Assembly: GCA_002269645.1 (NCBI GenBank)
Contig: NIVC01000032.1
Location: forward strand, 310,001-374,000
Length of the DNA stretch: 64,000 nt
From: Macrostomum lignano
Taxonomy: Eukaryota
Direction of reading: 5' to 3'
Below are positions 49,244 to 61,590 of this stretch, piece by piece. Under the pieces are notes generated by a model. That model saw nothing but the letters and a program-made list of their open reading frames with translations. It had not been told where the DNA came from and searched no databases. The translations under genes and the position numbers were made by a program. The stretch's first letter is position 1, and the number at the start of each line of letters is the position of its first letter.

Positions 49244-52200
49244 ATGAAAATCTCTGTTACAAACTTTAATAACAACTTCTATCTTCTGCTCCTGCTTCTA
49301 GTGGCAGAAGATCTGCCTCAGCTGGTCAACTGTGAACAGCAGCAGCCCCTAGCAACGGTTCCAAGAAGCTGGTGCCAGGATGTGCCGCCGCTGATGAAGC
49401 AGGCCAACATCACCGAGGAGAGGTTCGTGGCTCAACTATTCAAAGGCTACCAGAAGCAGCACCGGCCGCCCAACTGTCTGGATGGCAACCAGAGAAGCTC
49501 CACTTCGCCAACCATTGTCAGCGTGAACATCTACGTGAACAGCATCAGCTCCATCAGCGTGGTCGATATGGACTACTCGGTTGACGTGTTCCTCCGACAG
49601 AGGTGGACAGACTCCAGGCTGAGGTTCCGCGGTCAGTCCGGCGTTCTGTCGCTTAACTACATGAAAGAGCGACTCTGGATTCCCGACCTGTTCTTCAGGA
49701 ACTCCAAGGAGGGCAAACTGCACACGGTGACCACCCCAAATCATCTGATCTGGGTCTACCCAGACAATGGAAGCGTGCTATTCAGCCAGAAGCTGTCGGT
49801 GAAACTCGACTGTCCCATGACATTGTGGAATTTCCCAATGGACAGTCAGGTCTGCCGGGTGGAGATGGGCAGCTATGGCTACTCGTTGGAGGAGCTGGAC
49901 TTTGTCTGGATAGGCGATAGACAGGTTGAGCTCAACAGCAAGCTGCAGATTAACGAGTTCCAGTTCCCCAGCCTGAGGTACGGTGCCTGTCTCAAGGCCT
50001 ACAACAGCACAGGCAGATTCGCCTGCGTCTATCTGGAATTCCATCTGGTTAGAAAGTTTGGATTTTACCTGATCTACACCTACCTGCCCTCTATTCTGGT
50101 TGTGCTGCTGTCCTGGATCTCATTCTGGATTGACTATCAAGCTGTGCCGGCCAGGATCACTTTGGGCCTGCTGTCAATCCTGGCGCTCATCACCCAGGCC
50201 GCTGCCACGCTGCAGAAACTGCCCAGGGTGTCCTACGTTAAAGGTTGGCGGATTGGGTGCTTGGATGAAAGAATAGAGGGAGAGTGGGGTGAGAAAGGGA
50301 GAGTGGGGTGAGAGAGGGAGAGTGGGTGAGAGAGGGAGAGTGGGTGAGAGAGGGAGAGTAAGGAGAGAGATGGAGAGTGGAGGAAAGAGTGAGAGTTGAG
50401 TGTGGGAGGGAGAGTGGGGTAAGAGAGGGAGAGTAGGGTGAGAGAGGGAGAGTGGGGTGAGAGAGGGAGAGTAGGGTGAGAGAGGGAGAGTAGGATAAGA
50501 GAGGGAGAGTAGGGAGAGAGAGGGAGAGTGGAGGAAAGAGGGAGAGTTGAGTGTGAGAGGGAGAGTGGGTGAGAGAGGGAGAGTAGGGTGAGAGAGGGAG
50601 AGTGGGGTGAGAGAGGGAGAGTAGGGTGAGAGAGGGAGAGTAGGATAAGAGAGGGAGAGTAGGGAGAGAGAGGGAGAGTGGAGGAAAGAGGGAGAGTTGA
50701 GTGTGAGAGGGAGAGTGGGTGAGAGAGGGAGAGTAGGGTGAGAGAGGGAGAGTAGGGTGTGAGAGGGAGAGTAGGGTGAGAGGGGGAGAGTAAAGTGAGG
50801 AAGCTGGAGTGTAGGAGATGTGCAAAGGAAAAGAGTGACAGTAGGAGTTCACAGGCGGGACAGAGTGACAGAGGGGTGAAGTTCCGCCCAGTCTACACTG
50901 TCACGAGCAGAGGGCGTGGTGAGATACACGAACAGTAATATCATTTTTTCTACGATCAAACGATGCTTTAGATCAAAGGGTTATAAATTAGAAGAACTGT
51001 CGCGACAATTATGCGAGCGTAGCTTTGACAAACGTTTTACGATGATTTCCCACTAATTAATTGACCACACTCACAGAAAACAGAAGGCAGATGACTACCC
51101 GGACGCGACTCTAAAAGTGCTAAGTCTTAAGCGAAGTGAGCGAATCCAGTAAGCTACCAATAAACAACTCAATAAACAACCCGTAAAGCCACCATCAAAC
51201 AGTACAGCACCATAAACCATCACTAAACAACCCCTTAAAAGATCTTTTGCAGACAAAACCTTTCTTTGTCTTGAAATTCAAAGTTGTTGAAATTTTACTA
51301 CAATATAGCTGCCGTAAAAGTTTAAACTTGACTGCAGACTACTTTCAGCAGCCTCTAACACAATCAGTCCGTCTGTACACATGCTATAACTGGGTCTCGA
51401 GAGGAAACACGCTCCCATGGATTCCTCTTGACTATGAGCAGCCACGGCATACGATCTATAGTCGGTAACTTCTGTCTGTCATACTCAAGATACTCAGACA
51501 GGATATTGCAGTCAAGAGGTTTGGGAGAATTTGGCGATATATTATCGTACAGTTGTCGTGTATTGATAGCATACTGATTATATGATTTTGAGCTGTATTC
51601 TATCGGAGTTAACGTTAGCAATGTAAGAAATAGTAGAAATTATGTTAGTAATGCACTTAGGCTAGCAAAAGTAGGTTACAGTAGGTTACAATAAAGAAAA
51701 TTAGGTAATTAAAACTGAGACTTTGTTGAAAAATTAGTAGAAGAGAGGTAAAGAGGAAAGGGTGAGAGGGAGAATGAAACGAGAGAGGGAGAGTGACATG
51801 AGAGAGGGAGAGTGACATGAGAGAGGAGAGTGACATGAGAGAGGGAGAGTGACATGCGAAAGGGAGAGTGACATGAGAGAGGAAGAGTGACATGAGAGAG
51901 GGAGAGTGACATGAGAGAGGGAGAGTGACATGAGAGAGGGAGAGTGACATGAGAGAGGGAGAGTGACATGAGAGACGGAGAGTGACATGAGAGAGGGAGA
52001 GTGACATGAGAGAGGGAGAGTAACATGAGAGAGGGAGAGTGACATGAGAAAGGGAGAGTGACATGAGAAAGGGAGAGTGACATGAGAAAGGGAGAGTGAC
52101 ATGAGAAAGGGAGAGTGACATGAGAAAGGGAGAGTGACATGAGAGAGGGAGAGTGACATGAGAAAGGGAGAGTGACATGAGAGAGGGAGAGTGACACGAG

Positions 52201-54649
52201 AGAGGGAGAGTGACATGAGAAAGGGAGAGTGACATGAGAAAGGGAGAGTGACATCAGAAAGGGAGAGTGACATGAGAAAGGGAAAGTGACATGAGAAAGG
52301 GAGAGTGACATGAGAGAGGGAGAGTAACATGAGAGAGGGAGAGTGACATGAGAAAGGGAGAGTGACATGAGAAAGGGAGAGTGACATGAGAAAGGGAGAG
52401 TGACATGAGAAAGGGAAAGTGACATGAGAAAGGGAGAGTGACATGAGAAAGGGAGAGTGACATGAGAAAGGGAGAGTGACATGAGAAAGGGAGAGTGACA
52501 TGAGAAAGGGAGAGTGACATGAGAGAGGGAGAGTGACATGAGAAAGGGAGAGTGACATGAGAAAGGGAGAGTGACATGAGAAAGGGAGAGTGACATGAGA
52601 AAGGGAGAGTGACATGAGAAAGGGAGAGTGACATGAGAAAGGGAGAGTGACATGAGAAAGGGAGAGTGACAGCAGGTGAACAAAGCAAAGGAATAGAAAG
52701 TTGGGGAAAGCTCAATATGCATGCAGAGCATCCTTAATCACTGTAGGCTCAAGGTAGATTAAAAATCTAAACAAAAATCGATTCTGCTGATAATTCCAAA
52801 TTTAAGAAGATAAGCACACAAACGCAGGATTGGTTGATCCAGCTAGCTCACCAAAACCCCAGTTTCTAATAAGCAAACAAAGCCTACTTCAATCTGCTGA
52901 GGATGAGCCAAGTAGCCCTTGAGCAGTCCTATTCACATTAGTTTCTACTCAAATCTTTTTTTGAGAAAATCTGCCACTTCAGGCAAGTAGTGCAAAGGGT
53001 TAATGCATTCAGCATCCTCTCGGGTCTACTCAGCAAGGCTGATCAAATTTACTTAGCGTCCATACCCGGGTAAATCTAAAGTTCATTAGGAGAGAAAGTT
53101 TATGAAAGTAACTAGTATTACACTCCTAATTAAAAAGCTTTTAGCTTGTCGATCTCATCAGCGCAAAAAATCATGAAGGGATTTGGTAGCTAAAAAATAA
53201 ATATAAATTTTGCTACCAGCGAGTGCAAGTCAATTAAAATATATTTGTGCCAAAAAGGGCAGCTGTCACTAACTGACAAAGAGAATCGGAGTGGGGTGGG
53301 TGTTGATTCGAGTGAGGGGCAGAGAATCGAAGTGGGGTGGGTGTTGATTAGAGTGAGGGGCAGAGATTTGGAGTGGGTGGGTGTTGATTAGAGTGAGGGG
53401 CAGAGAATCGGAGTGGAGTGGGTGTTGATTAGAGTGAGAGGCAGAGAATCGGAGTGGGTGGGTGTTGATTAGAGTGAGGGGCAGAGAATCGGAGTGGGGT
53501 GGGTGTTGATTAGAGTGAGGGGCAGAGAATCGGAGTGGGGTGGGTGTTGATTAGAGTGAGGGGCAGAGAATCGGAGTGGAGTGGGTGTTGATTAGAGTGA
53601 GGGGCAGAGAATCGGAGTGGGGTGGGTGTTGATTAGAGTGAGGGGCAGAGAATCGGAGTGGAGTGGGTGTTGATTAGAGTGAGGGGCAGAGAATCGGAGT
53701 GGGTGGGTGTCGATTAGAGTGAGGGGCAGAGAATCGGAGTGGGGTGGGTGTTGATTAGAGTGAGGGGCAGAGAATCGGAGTGGGGTGGGTGTTGATTAGA
53801 GTGAGGGCAGAGAATCGGAGTGGCGTGGGTGTTGATTAGAGTGAGGGGCAGAGAATCGGAGTGGAGTGGGTGTTGATTAGAGTGAGGGGCAGAGAATCGG
53901 AGTGGGGTAGGTGTCATTTCAAGCCCCTAACCCCAAAGCTCCCTCACTCTTTCCCAGCCATAGACGTATGGCTGTTCGCCTGCCTGGCATTCGTGGTGCT
54001 GTCCCTGCTGGAGTTCTCGCTGGTTAACGTGCTCGCCAGGCGCCAATCGAAGCACCGTGACGCCGAGTGGCGCTGCGAACTACGACGCGCCCTACGCCAG
54101 GAGCTCCTGGCGTTCACTGGCGGCGGCGGCGGCGGCGGTACGAACGAAGGCTTTGCCTCTGATCCGCCTGCCAATGGCGGCGGCAATTTCGAAAGTGAGG
54201 AAGTTGCCATTGACAGCTGCGTTGGCGGTGGTGGAGGTGGCGACGTCGGCGACACTCCAGACAGCCCTCTGCTGGCCATGATGATGATGTCGATGCGGCA
54301 TCGACGTTACCGCGGCTCCGACGATGACTCAAGCGGTGGAGGCGTCGGCGGCAACGTGCCCCGGGCGGCCGTGTCTACCGCGGCCACAGTGGGTTCGGCG
54401 GCTCCGGCGGCCGGTGCTTTCAGAGGTGGGCAGCAACACCAGGAGCAGCGGAGGCAGCGGCACAGGAGGCAGAAGCAGCAGACCGCTTCGCAGCAGCCAG
54501 CTTTCGGATTGAAACCGCAGCACGTGGATTGGTTTTCAATCTTCTTATTTCCGTTCAGCTTCCTGCTGTTCAATGCCATCTACTGGCTGTACTTTCTAGT
54601 GCTGAGCTCACACCAGAATGAGGGCGGCTTTCACGATCCACCAGTCTAG
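49244..54649 (+). CDS. Cys-loop ligand-gated chloride channel subunit, probably a lophotrochozoan-type glutamate-gated chloride channel; exons 49244-50243 and 53958-54649
   Basis: Signal peptide; WIPDLFFRNSK; Cys loop CPMTLWNFPMDSQVC; loop C disulfide CLKAYNSTGRFAC; M1 YLPSILVVLLSWISFW; PAR anion motif; SYVK|AIDVW spliced in phase 1; M4 FPFSFLLFNAIYW. Confidence 0.9.
50275..50800. repeat. GA-rich ~19-20-bp degenerate repeat in the channel intron
   Basis: Directly visible. Confidence 0.9.
51780..52670. repeat. 19-bp minisatellite GAGAGTGACATGAGAAAGG
   Basis: Directly visible. Confidence 0.95.
53281..53905. repeat. 41-bp minisatellite GAGAATCGGAGTGGGGTGGGTGTTGATTAGAGTGAGGGGCA
   Basis: Near reverse complement of the unit at 24895-25385. 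Confidence 0.95.
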
Positions 54650-54714
54650 GGTGTTAGAGGGACAGATAATCAGAGGGAGGGAGTGGGGCGGGTGCCGTGC
54701 TTGTTTACCAAAGA

Positions 54715-54985
54715 ATCGGAGGAAGTGAGGTGGATGCCGCGTTTCTGCAAAAGAATTGGAGGAAGTGGGGTGGGTGCCGCGTGCAGGCCAAAGAATCGGA
54801 GGGAGTGGGGTGGGTGCCGCGTGCGGGCCAAAGAATCGGAGGGAGTGGGGTGGGTGCCGCGTGCGGGCCAAATAATCGGAGGGAGTGGGGTGGGTGCCGC
54901 GTGCGGGCCAAAGAATCGGAGGGAGTGGGGTGGGTGCCGCGTGCGGGCGAAAGAATCGGAGGGAGTGGGGTGGCTGCCGCGCGCG
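54715..54985. repeat. ~40-bp minisatellite AAAGAATCGGAGGGAGTGGGGTGGGTGCCGCGTGCGGGCC
   Basis: Directly visible, just after the channel stop codon. Confidence 0.9.
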
Positions 54986-55669
54986 GGCTGAAGAGAGGGT
55001 GTGGGGATGGAGCTTTTTTTCAGAGCAGAATATTTAATTCGATAAAGCGAATTAAAGCGGCAAATAATTTTTTTAGAGATATATTGGGCCTACATTCAGG
55101 TCAAAAACAAAAGAAAAATTTCTTTGTACATAATCATATATAGCTGTGCGGTAGTACGAGCGTATTTTTAATTTTTACCAAAACTTTCTGTATTATGAAT
55201 AATTAACTAGACTATGCTAGCTATACGACCGAATGTACTATCGATAAACATGCTTAGCAGTGGCTTTTTTACGTTCGTACAAAGACAATTACTAAGCCAT
55301 CCATACTAAAATTAATGCTTCTGCACACGGGTCTGTTATTACTTGTTGTATTGTCAATTTTTACGGAAATAATTTTCAAACGGAATTTGAAGCAACTTAT
55401 GCACAAACCCTACAAACCGAAACTTTGTTTTATGTATTTTGGAAATAAAAAGCTACTGTAGCTGTTTAATTTGGTGTTGTGGCATCAGCTATTTAAATTG
55501 TAAAATTAAGTAGCCTGTGTGTTTTTACTTAACAGCTTAATGAACTTGTTTGCACTTCAAAAATTCTCGCGACGATTTAACTTCCCCATTTTCGCCGTCT
55601 CATTATTTCTTTCTTATCCTTAATACCTTCCTCTCAACCTGCATCCCTGTCTCCCTCCACCCTCCCTGT

Positions 55670-56300
55670 CTCCCTCTCACCCTCTATGTCTCCCTCTCAC
55701 CCTCTATGTCTCCCTCTCACCCTCTATGTCTCCCTCTCACCCTCTATGTCTCCCTCTCACCCTCTATGTCTCCCTCTCACCCTCTATGTCTCCCTCTCAC
55801 CCTCTATGTCTCCCTCCCACCCTCTATGTCTCCCTCTCACCCTCTATGTCTCCCTCTCACCCTCTATGTCTCCCTCTCACCCTCTATGTCTCCCTCTCAC
55901 CCTCTATGTCTCCCTCTCACCCTCTATGTCTCCCTCTCACCCTCTATGTCTCCCTCTCACCCTCTATGTCTCCCTCTCACCCTCTATGTCTCCCTCTCAC
56001 CCTCTATGTCTCCCTCTCACCCTCTATGTCTCCCTCTCACCCTCTATGTCTCCCTCTCACCCTCTATGTCTCCCTCTCACCCTCCCTGTCTCCCTCTCAC
56101 CCTCTATGTCTCCCTCTCACCCTCTATGTCTCCCTCCCACCCTCTATGTCTCCCTCTCACCCTCTATGTCTCCCTCTCACCCTCTATGTCTCCCTCCCAC
56201 CCTCTATGTCTCCCTCTCACCCTCTATGTCTCCCTCTCACCCTCTATGTCTCCCTCTCACCCTCTATGTCTCCCTCTCACCCTCTATGTCTCCCTCTCAC
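55670..56300. repeat. 20-bp minisatellite CCTCTATGTCTCCCTCTCAC
   Basis: Directly visible. Confidence 0.96.
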
Positions 56301-57518
56301 CCTCCCTGTCTCCCTTTCACTCAACCTGTCTCTCTCTCACTCTACTTGTCTCCCTCTCACCCTCCCTGCCTTCCTCTCACCCTACGTGTCTTTCTCTCGC
56401 CCTCCTGTCTCCCTCTGCCTCCTCCCTGTCTCCCTCTCACTCCCTATCTGCCTCTCACCCTCCCTGTCACCCTCATATCATATTGCTCGCCCCCTCTTTA
56501 ACGTATCTGGAAAGGTTCTCACCCGCAAAAATTCTAATACAGAAAGTTAGGCTTCGCATAAGTCCACCCAGAGGAGTGTCCAGTTTTTTTTCTTTTTCAA
56601 TCCATCAGTCTGACTCTCGGTCTCGCTTCAAAGACTTCTTTCCCAAGGACGTGATTAATATTTCTCCAAGTAGACCCTTTCCTCCAAAAGTTCTCAATAA
56701 TAATTTTTCTTTCGTTTGAAGTCGTTTCTTTTTTAATAAGAGCAAAATATACTCGTTGATCAATCTTTGCCGACCTGATTGGCAGTGATGAGGGCTGCAG
56801 TGCCGTGTCTCCAAATTAGGGCTCTTGAGTTCCTTCCTCTACGATAGCTATAGTTAATTGATGTTTCTGATCTTTTCTATCTGGAATAATTGGTACATGG
56901 TGTCTTTGATTTTGAGAATATTGGTGTACCTATTTTTAGATTTATGTACAATCATAATTTGTGATTATTTTGCGGATGAGTTGAGCACTTGCTTGAAGCT
57001 GGCTTAACCCGACGAGTTTCAAGGGCAGCCTCCTTACTTTAATGTGTTCTTACCTTAACTGTATTGTTAATCTACTTAATGAGGTAAATAACTAGCCATC
57101 CAGTTGTAGCCTGTGCTGAGATGCCTGAGAATAAACTCATCACATTTCAATAGGTCGACCTTAATTCCTTTCTAAATAAATAAAGAAATAATATTTTCTT
57201 CTGGCTAATGGGCAGCGTTTTAACGCATCGGTATCCATTTTTATTTATTATATTTGACTGTAACAGAGGACCATTAAAAACGAGACTTTGTGACAAAAAT
57301 AAAAGTGAGAGAGCTTTGTTATACAATAAGTACGAGCTATTACGTAATAACTGTACGGTTCACGCACCGTGCACAATTACGCCCGAACTCGCTCACAAGA
57401 GTCTTAAACTGTGAGCGATCAAGTTTGGCAAGAATCCTCGCGACAAAACGGTCTTTAGGTACCTGCCGATTGCAGCTGATCTACAAGCAGAATTAGCCTC
57501 ATCGCTGATCCGACCGCC

Positions 57519-58938
57519 TTACAGCTTCCCGTTGTGCCAGCTCTTCGTGTGCAGCTGCACCACGTAAGCTTCGGGAAACGCAGCGATACACTTAGCCTCT
57601 TCTTCGTCCGTCATGCGACCGAGGTCCTTGCAGGCAGCCACCTTGTTGGTGTACCAGCTGAACGGATTAAAGTACTTGGCCTCGAAGATTTTCGCATCTG
57701 TTGGCTTCTCCTTCATGTAGTCCCTCAGCTCTTGCATTAGAATCTCAGGCCCGGTGGTAAAGTCCACTGTCCCCCCCCCCTGCCAAAGTGTTGGTGCACC
57801 ATCACTCTTGCGATCAGCCGCATCCAAAACGGATGGCCGGGTCGCGAGGCCATGAGTGAGTTCTCGACGTAAGTCCGCAGCAACGAATCTTCCTGTTTGA
57901 GGCCGTCCATGCCGCCGAACAGCATCGCGGTGGAGTTGAGCAGGTGCTCGAAGTTCTTCTGACAAACTGCGTCAAGGTCAGCATAGATGCCTCCAAAGTG
58001 GAACATGTAGAAGTACCTGGCGACATCGGCTCTTTCCACCGGCTTTTTGAAGCTAAAGTACACCGGCAGGAACCATGGGTAATGGTCTCGCACCAGCGCC
58101 AGGTTGTCATCGTCGGTCCAGAAGCGAAATTCCCAGTTCGGAAAGCAGGTCTGCCAGCTGGCGCTCCAGCGCTGCGCTCGTCTGGTGGGCAGCTTGCGGC
58201 TCTTCCAGCTTTGGTGTATCATCGGCGTGACAAAGTTGCCGACGCGCTGCTCTGATGTTTGACCGATCTGTGCAGTGGCGTGCAATGGATTCTGCTGTTA
58301 GTGTTACCGAAAGCATATCCCCCGAAGAGAAAGTGCAAAATTAAAAAACTGTGATCACAATCAAGAAATCAAAAGGCGCAACATTTGTCCCCCCCATCCT
58401 CAAGAGCTCATTGGCTTGCCACACGCCGCCTACGATATGTACAACACCGCCATTCATTTGCATCACTCTGAATCAACCTCTTCTCTGAATGAACGACTTC
58501 AAGGGACAGATCTTGTATTCCCATATGATGTTGCCAATTAGCAAGTTTACCAAGTTTGTCGTATTGTAAAGTTGTGCACTTTCATTTCGTTCAGAACAGT
58601 GTTGGAATGGTAAAAAAATGAATCCTGTTATCATGGCTTCGTTCTAGGCAAGCTAAGAGACAGGTAGCCGGAGATCCTAAAGAAAAACCTTTGTTTAAAT
58701 TAATATTTCAGTCTATTTTCCAGTATTGAGAGCGCCAAGAGCAGTAAGTAAAACGCCGGTACTCGGATGGGATGGGGCTGGTGCCTATTGCTTCTTTCTG
58801 CTTGTCATATGCCTAGTTACCTGAAGCACCTGAGGTCTCACGAAGTCCTGAAGACTCCTGATGCATGCTTAAAAGCGATCGGACTATCAGCAGAGCGAGT
58901 GCAGCGACTGCCGCCTTGATTACAGTTAGGATCCGCAT
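57519..58938 (-). CDS. GT32 (OCH1/SUR1-CSH1-like DxD) glycosyltransferase; signal-anchor exon 58938-58821, catalytic exon ~58251-57519, frameshift at G10 (57771-57780)
   Basis: PMIHQSWK, FRFWTDDD, VERADVARYFYMFHFGGIYADLD, ENSLMASRPGHPFW, then TTGP in the next frame; upstream exon MRILTVIKAAVAALALLIVRSLL with GTAACT donor; exon join is inferred. Confidence 0.8.
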
Positions 58939-59479
58939 TTGCGAAAGCCGCGTGCAAGCTTCCGTGAGGACGGTCCGACTGGTGAATTCGCTTCTATTTA
59001 TGTACTTTATTTTGCATATGCCATATGCTTTGCAAAGTGATGTGTATGGACTATTGCTTCATTTTATGTCTATGACAGAAACCTTCGTTAACTATGCAAA
59101 GTGATGAACACCAAGCTCACAAGAAGGCTCTTTACTTTTAGGGTCGATTACCTGCTTTAAATATTCCATTTAACCTTACGAATTCAATCCATAGCTCGCA
59201 CATCGACTGTAGAATATATTTTAAGTTCAGAGCAAAATAATGATAAATTTGCGTCACTTCATTTGACTGCAATGACATGCCACGATGCATGCGAAGTCTA
59301 GGAGTAAGCTGAAAAAGCAGGTCAACATATCAAAACATAACATGACATAGCAAAGCCTCTCGGAGAATGGTATAGGCGAGTAACTATTCTTGCTGATTGG
59401 TTTGTACGAGTTGAAGAAATGGTCCGATCCTGCACAGTAGATCATCAGCATCAAACGCCAAGCATTGACAAATCGGCCA

Positions 59480-59790
59480 TTGACAAAATAGATAGATGAG
59501 AATAGAAGTAGATTGATAAGAATTGAAGTAGATGAATGAGAATAGAAGTAGATAGATGAGAATAGAAGTAGATTGATAAGAATCGAAGTAGATGAATGAG
59601 AATAGAAGTAGATAGATGAGAATAGAAGTAGATAGATGAGAATAGAAGTAGATAGATGAGAATAGAAGTAGATAGATGAGAATAGAAGTAGATAGATGAG
59701 AATAGAAGTAGATAGATGAGAATAGAAGTAGATGGATGAGAAAAGAAGTAGATAGATGAGAATAGAAGTAGATAGATGAGAATAGAAGTA
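59480..59790. repeat. 20-bp minisatellite GATAGATGAGAATAGAAGTA
   Basis: Directly visible. Confidence 0.92.
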
Positions 59791-60264
59791 TACAGAAGAG
59801 GAATTAAAATAGATAGATTAGACTGAATAGACTGAAGTGTTCTATACCTGTATACTATTGCATAGGTAGATTTCCATATTAGTAAAAATCATGAGCAACA
59901 AATATGAATGCATCATATTTCATCAATTAATCAACTGGTCTCTATAGTATCAAATTTCTAAAGCCACATCGACGCTAGCTGTATTTTTTTAATAGCAATC
60001 AATCAATGCATCAGAGCATGCAGCCTCCCTAATTATTGGTAGATCAAGCATCTTCATAACTGGATTGTGCATTTTTTATTAAGAAGGCAAGTGCTTGACG
60101 TATATACGCATGCGGACAGAGAGAGAGATCAACCAGAACTTGTTTTTTTCGTCAAAAGGTCAATCAATGAATTAGTGAAGTTAAAGTGAAACTTCATCCC
60201 GCTGTTTTCCGTTTCAGTGACGTTCGGTTGCCTACGCAGTATATACAAGCGTAGCTAGCGCTTT

Positions 60265-60755
60265 GTGAGATTCTCAGGGCGATTCTCAGGGGCAATTCTC
60301 AGGGTGATTCTCAGTGCGATTCTCGGTGCGATTCTCAGGGCGATTCTCAGGGCGATTCTCATGGCGATTCTAAGGGCGATTGTCATGGCGATTCTCAGGG
60401 CGATTCTCAGGGCGATTCTCATGGCGATTCTCAGAGTGATTCTCATGGCGATTCTCAGGGCGATTCTCATGACGATTCTCAGGGCAATTCTCAGGGAGAT
60501 TCTCATGGCGATTCTCAAGGCGATTCTCATGGAGATTCTCAGAGTGATTTTCTTTGTGATTCTCATGTTGATTCTCAGACTGATTCTCAAAGTGATTCTC
60601 AGGGCGATTCTCTTGGTGATTCTCCCAGGGCGATACCCAGAGCGATTCTCAGGGCGATTTTCAGAGTGATTCTCAGAGTGATTTTTAGAGTGATTCTCAA
60701 GGCGATTCTCAGGGCGATTCTTAGTGTGTTTTTAGAGTGATTCTAAGGGCGATTC
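60265..60755. repeat. 12-bp minisatellite GATTCTCAGGGC
   Basis: Directly visible. Confidence 0.92.
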
Positions 60756-61590
60756 TCATCTAAAATTAGAGGAGAATTTAGTAACCTTTTTTGTCATTTA
60801 CAGAAATCATTAATGCTTATTATTAATATTGAATAATTTCAAACAACTTAATTATCTCAGAAATATTCCATATAAAGTTTTGTTGCTAAGCCGCAAACTT
60901 AATAAAATGTTGGCTATGAACTCAATATGCAGCCGATTAAGATTTTTTTGAAATGAAATTATCTCGAAGAAGAATTGACGGACAGACTGGCTGATGACTA
61001 AATCCTATTTTGGGTCACTTATCAAAGCTAGGCGGATTTCCTCAATTCAAAAAAAGGGACCGACAGTCAATCAAACTTGGCCAGAATCAAAATTATGAAA
61101 ATTATTTAAGCCATCATCTCTTTGTGACAAAAATAACAATTCAAGTTTGTGAGTTGGTCTCTGTTAGAAACAGAGTGCAGACTGCATTTTATTGAAGTAA
61201 TAGTATTTTTTTATTGATGAGTTAAAACTGAGTTAAAACTTTAGCTTATTTTATGCAAAATAAAAGATAACTAAAAACGCTCGTATTTTACTTTTATAGT
61301 AGGTAAGTAGAAAGTTGCCTATAAATGTACTATGTATAATAATTGAAGTAGTGCTGGCATTAGTAAAGACATTTATAATCGCATTCTTAGAAAAGTCAGG
61401 TTAGGTTAATAATTTGTTTCTTAGAAAGGTGGCTCTTTGAATCATTTTGAAATTGCGACTTTTAGAGCTGATTCTTAGAAATAGAATATTACAAGGCAAG
61501 TTTAAGTTATTAAGGAAGTCAGTTGATTTGAACTACAGGAAAGTGTTTCGATCAACTACAGTTTTGTAAAATTACTAAAAAATGAGATGA

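Noticed and set aside
50900-51700. Non-repetitive island and small ORFs inside the channel intron
   Set aside because: No recognisable domain or splice-compatible exon, and the channel CDS is complete without it.
56500-57200. Possible decayed retroelement remnant on the minus strand
   Set aside because: Multiple stops and no motif I can identify with confidence; a Dfam or tBLASTn search is needed.
58381-58540. Coding-like minus-strand stretch (GNIIWEYKICPLK) in the GT32 intron
   Set aside because: Interrupted by a stop, not needed for a phase-compatible join, and too short to assign.
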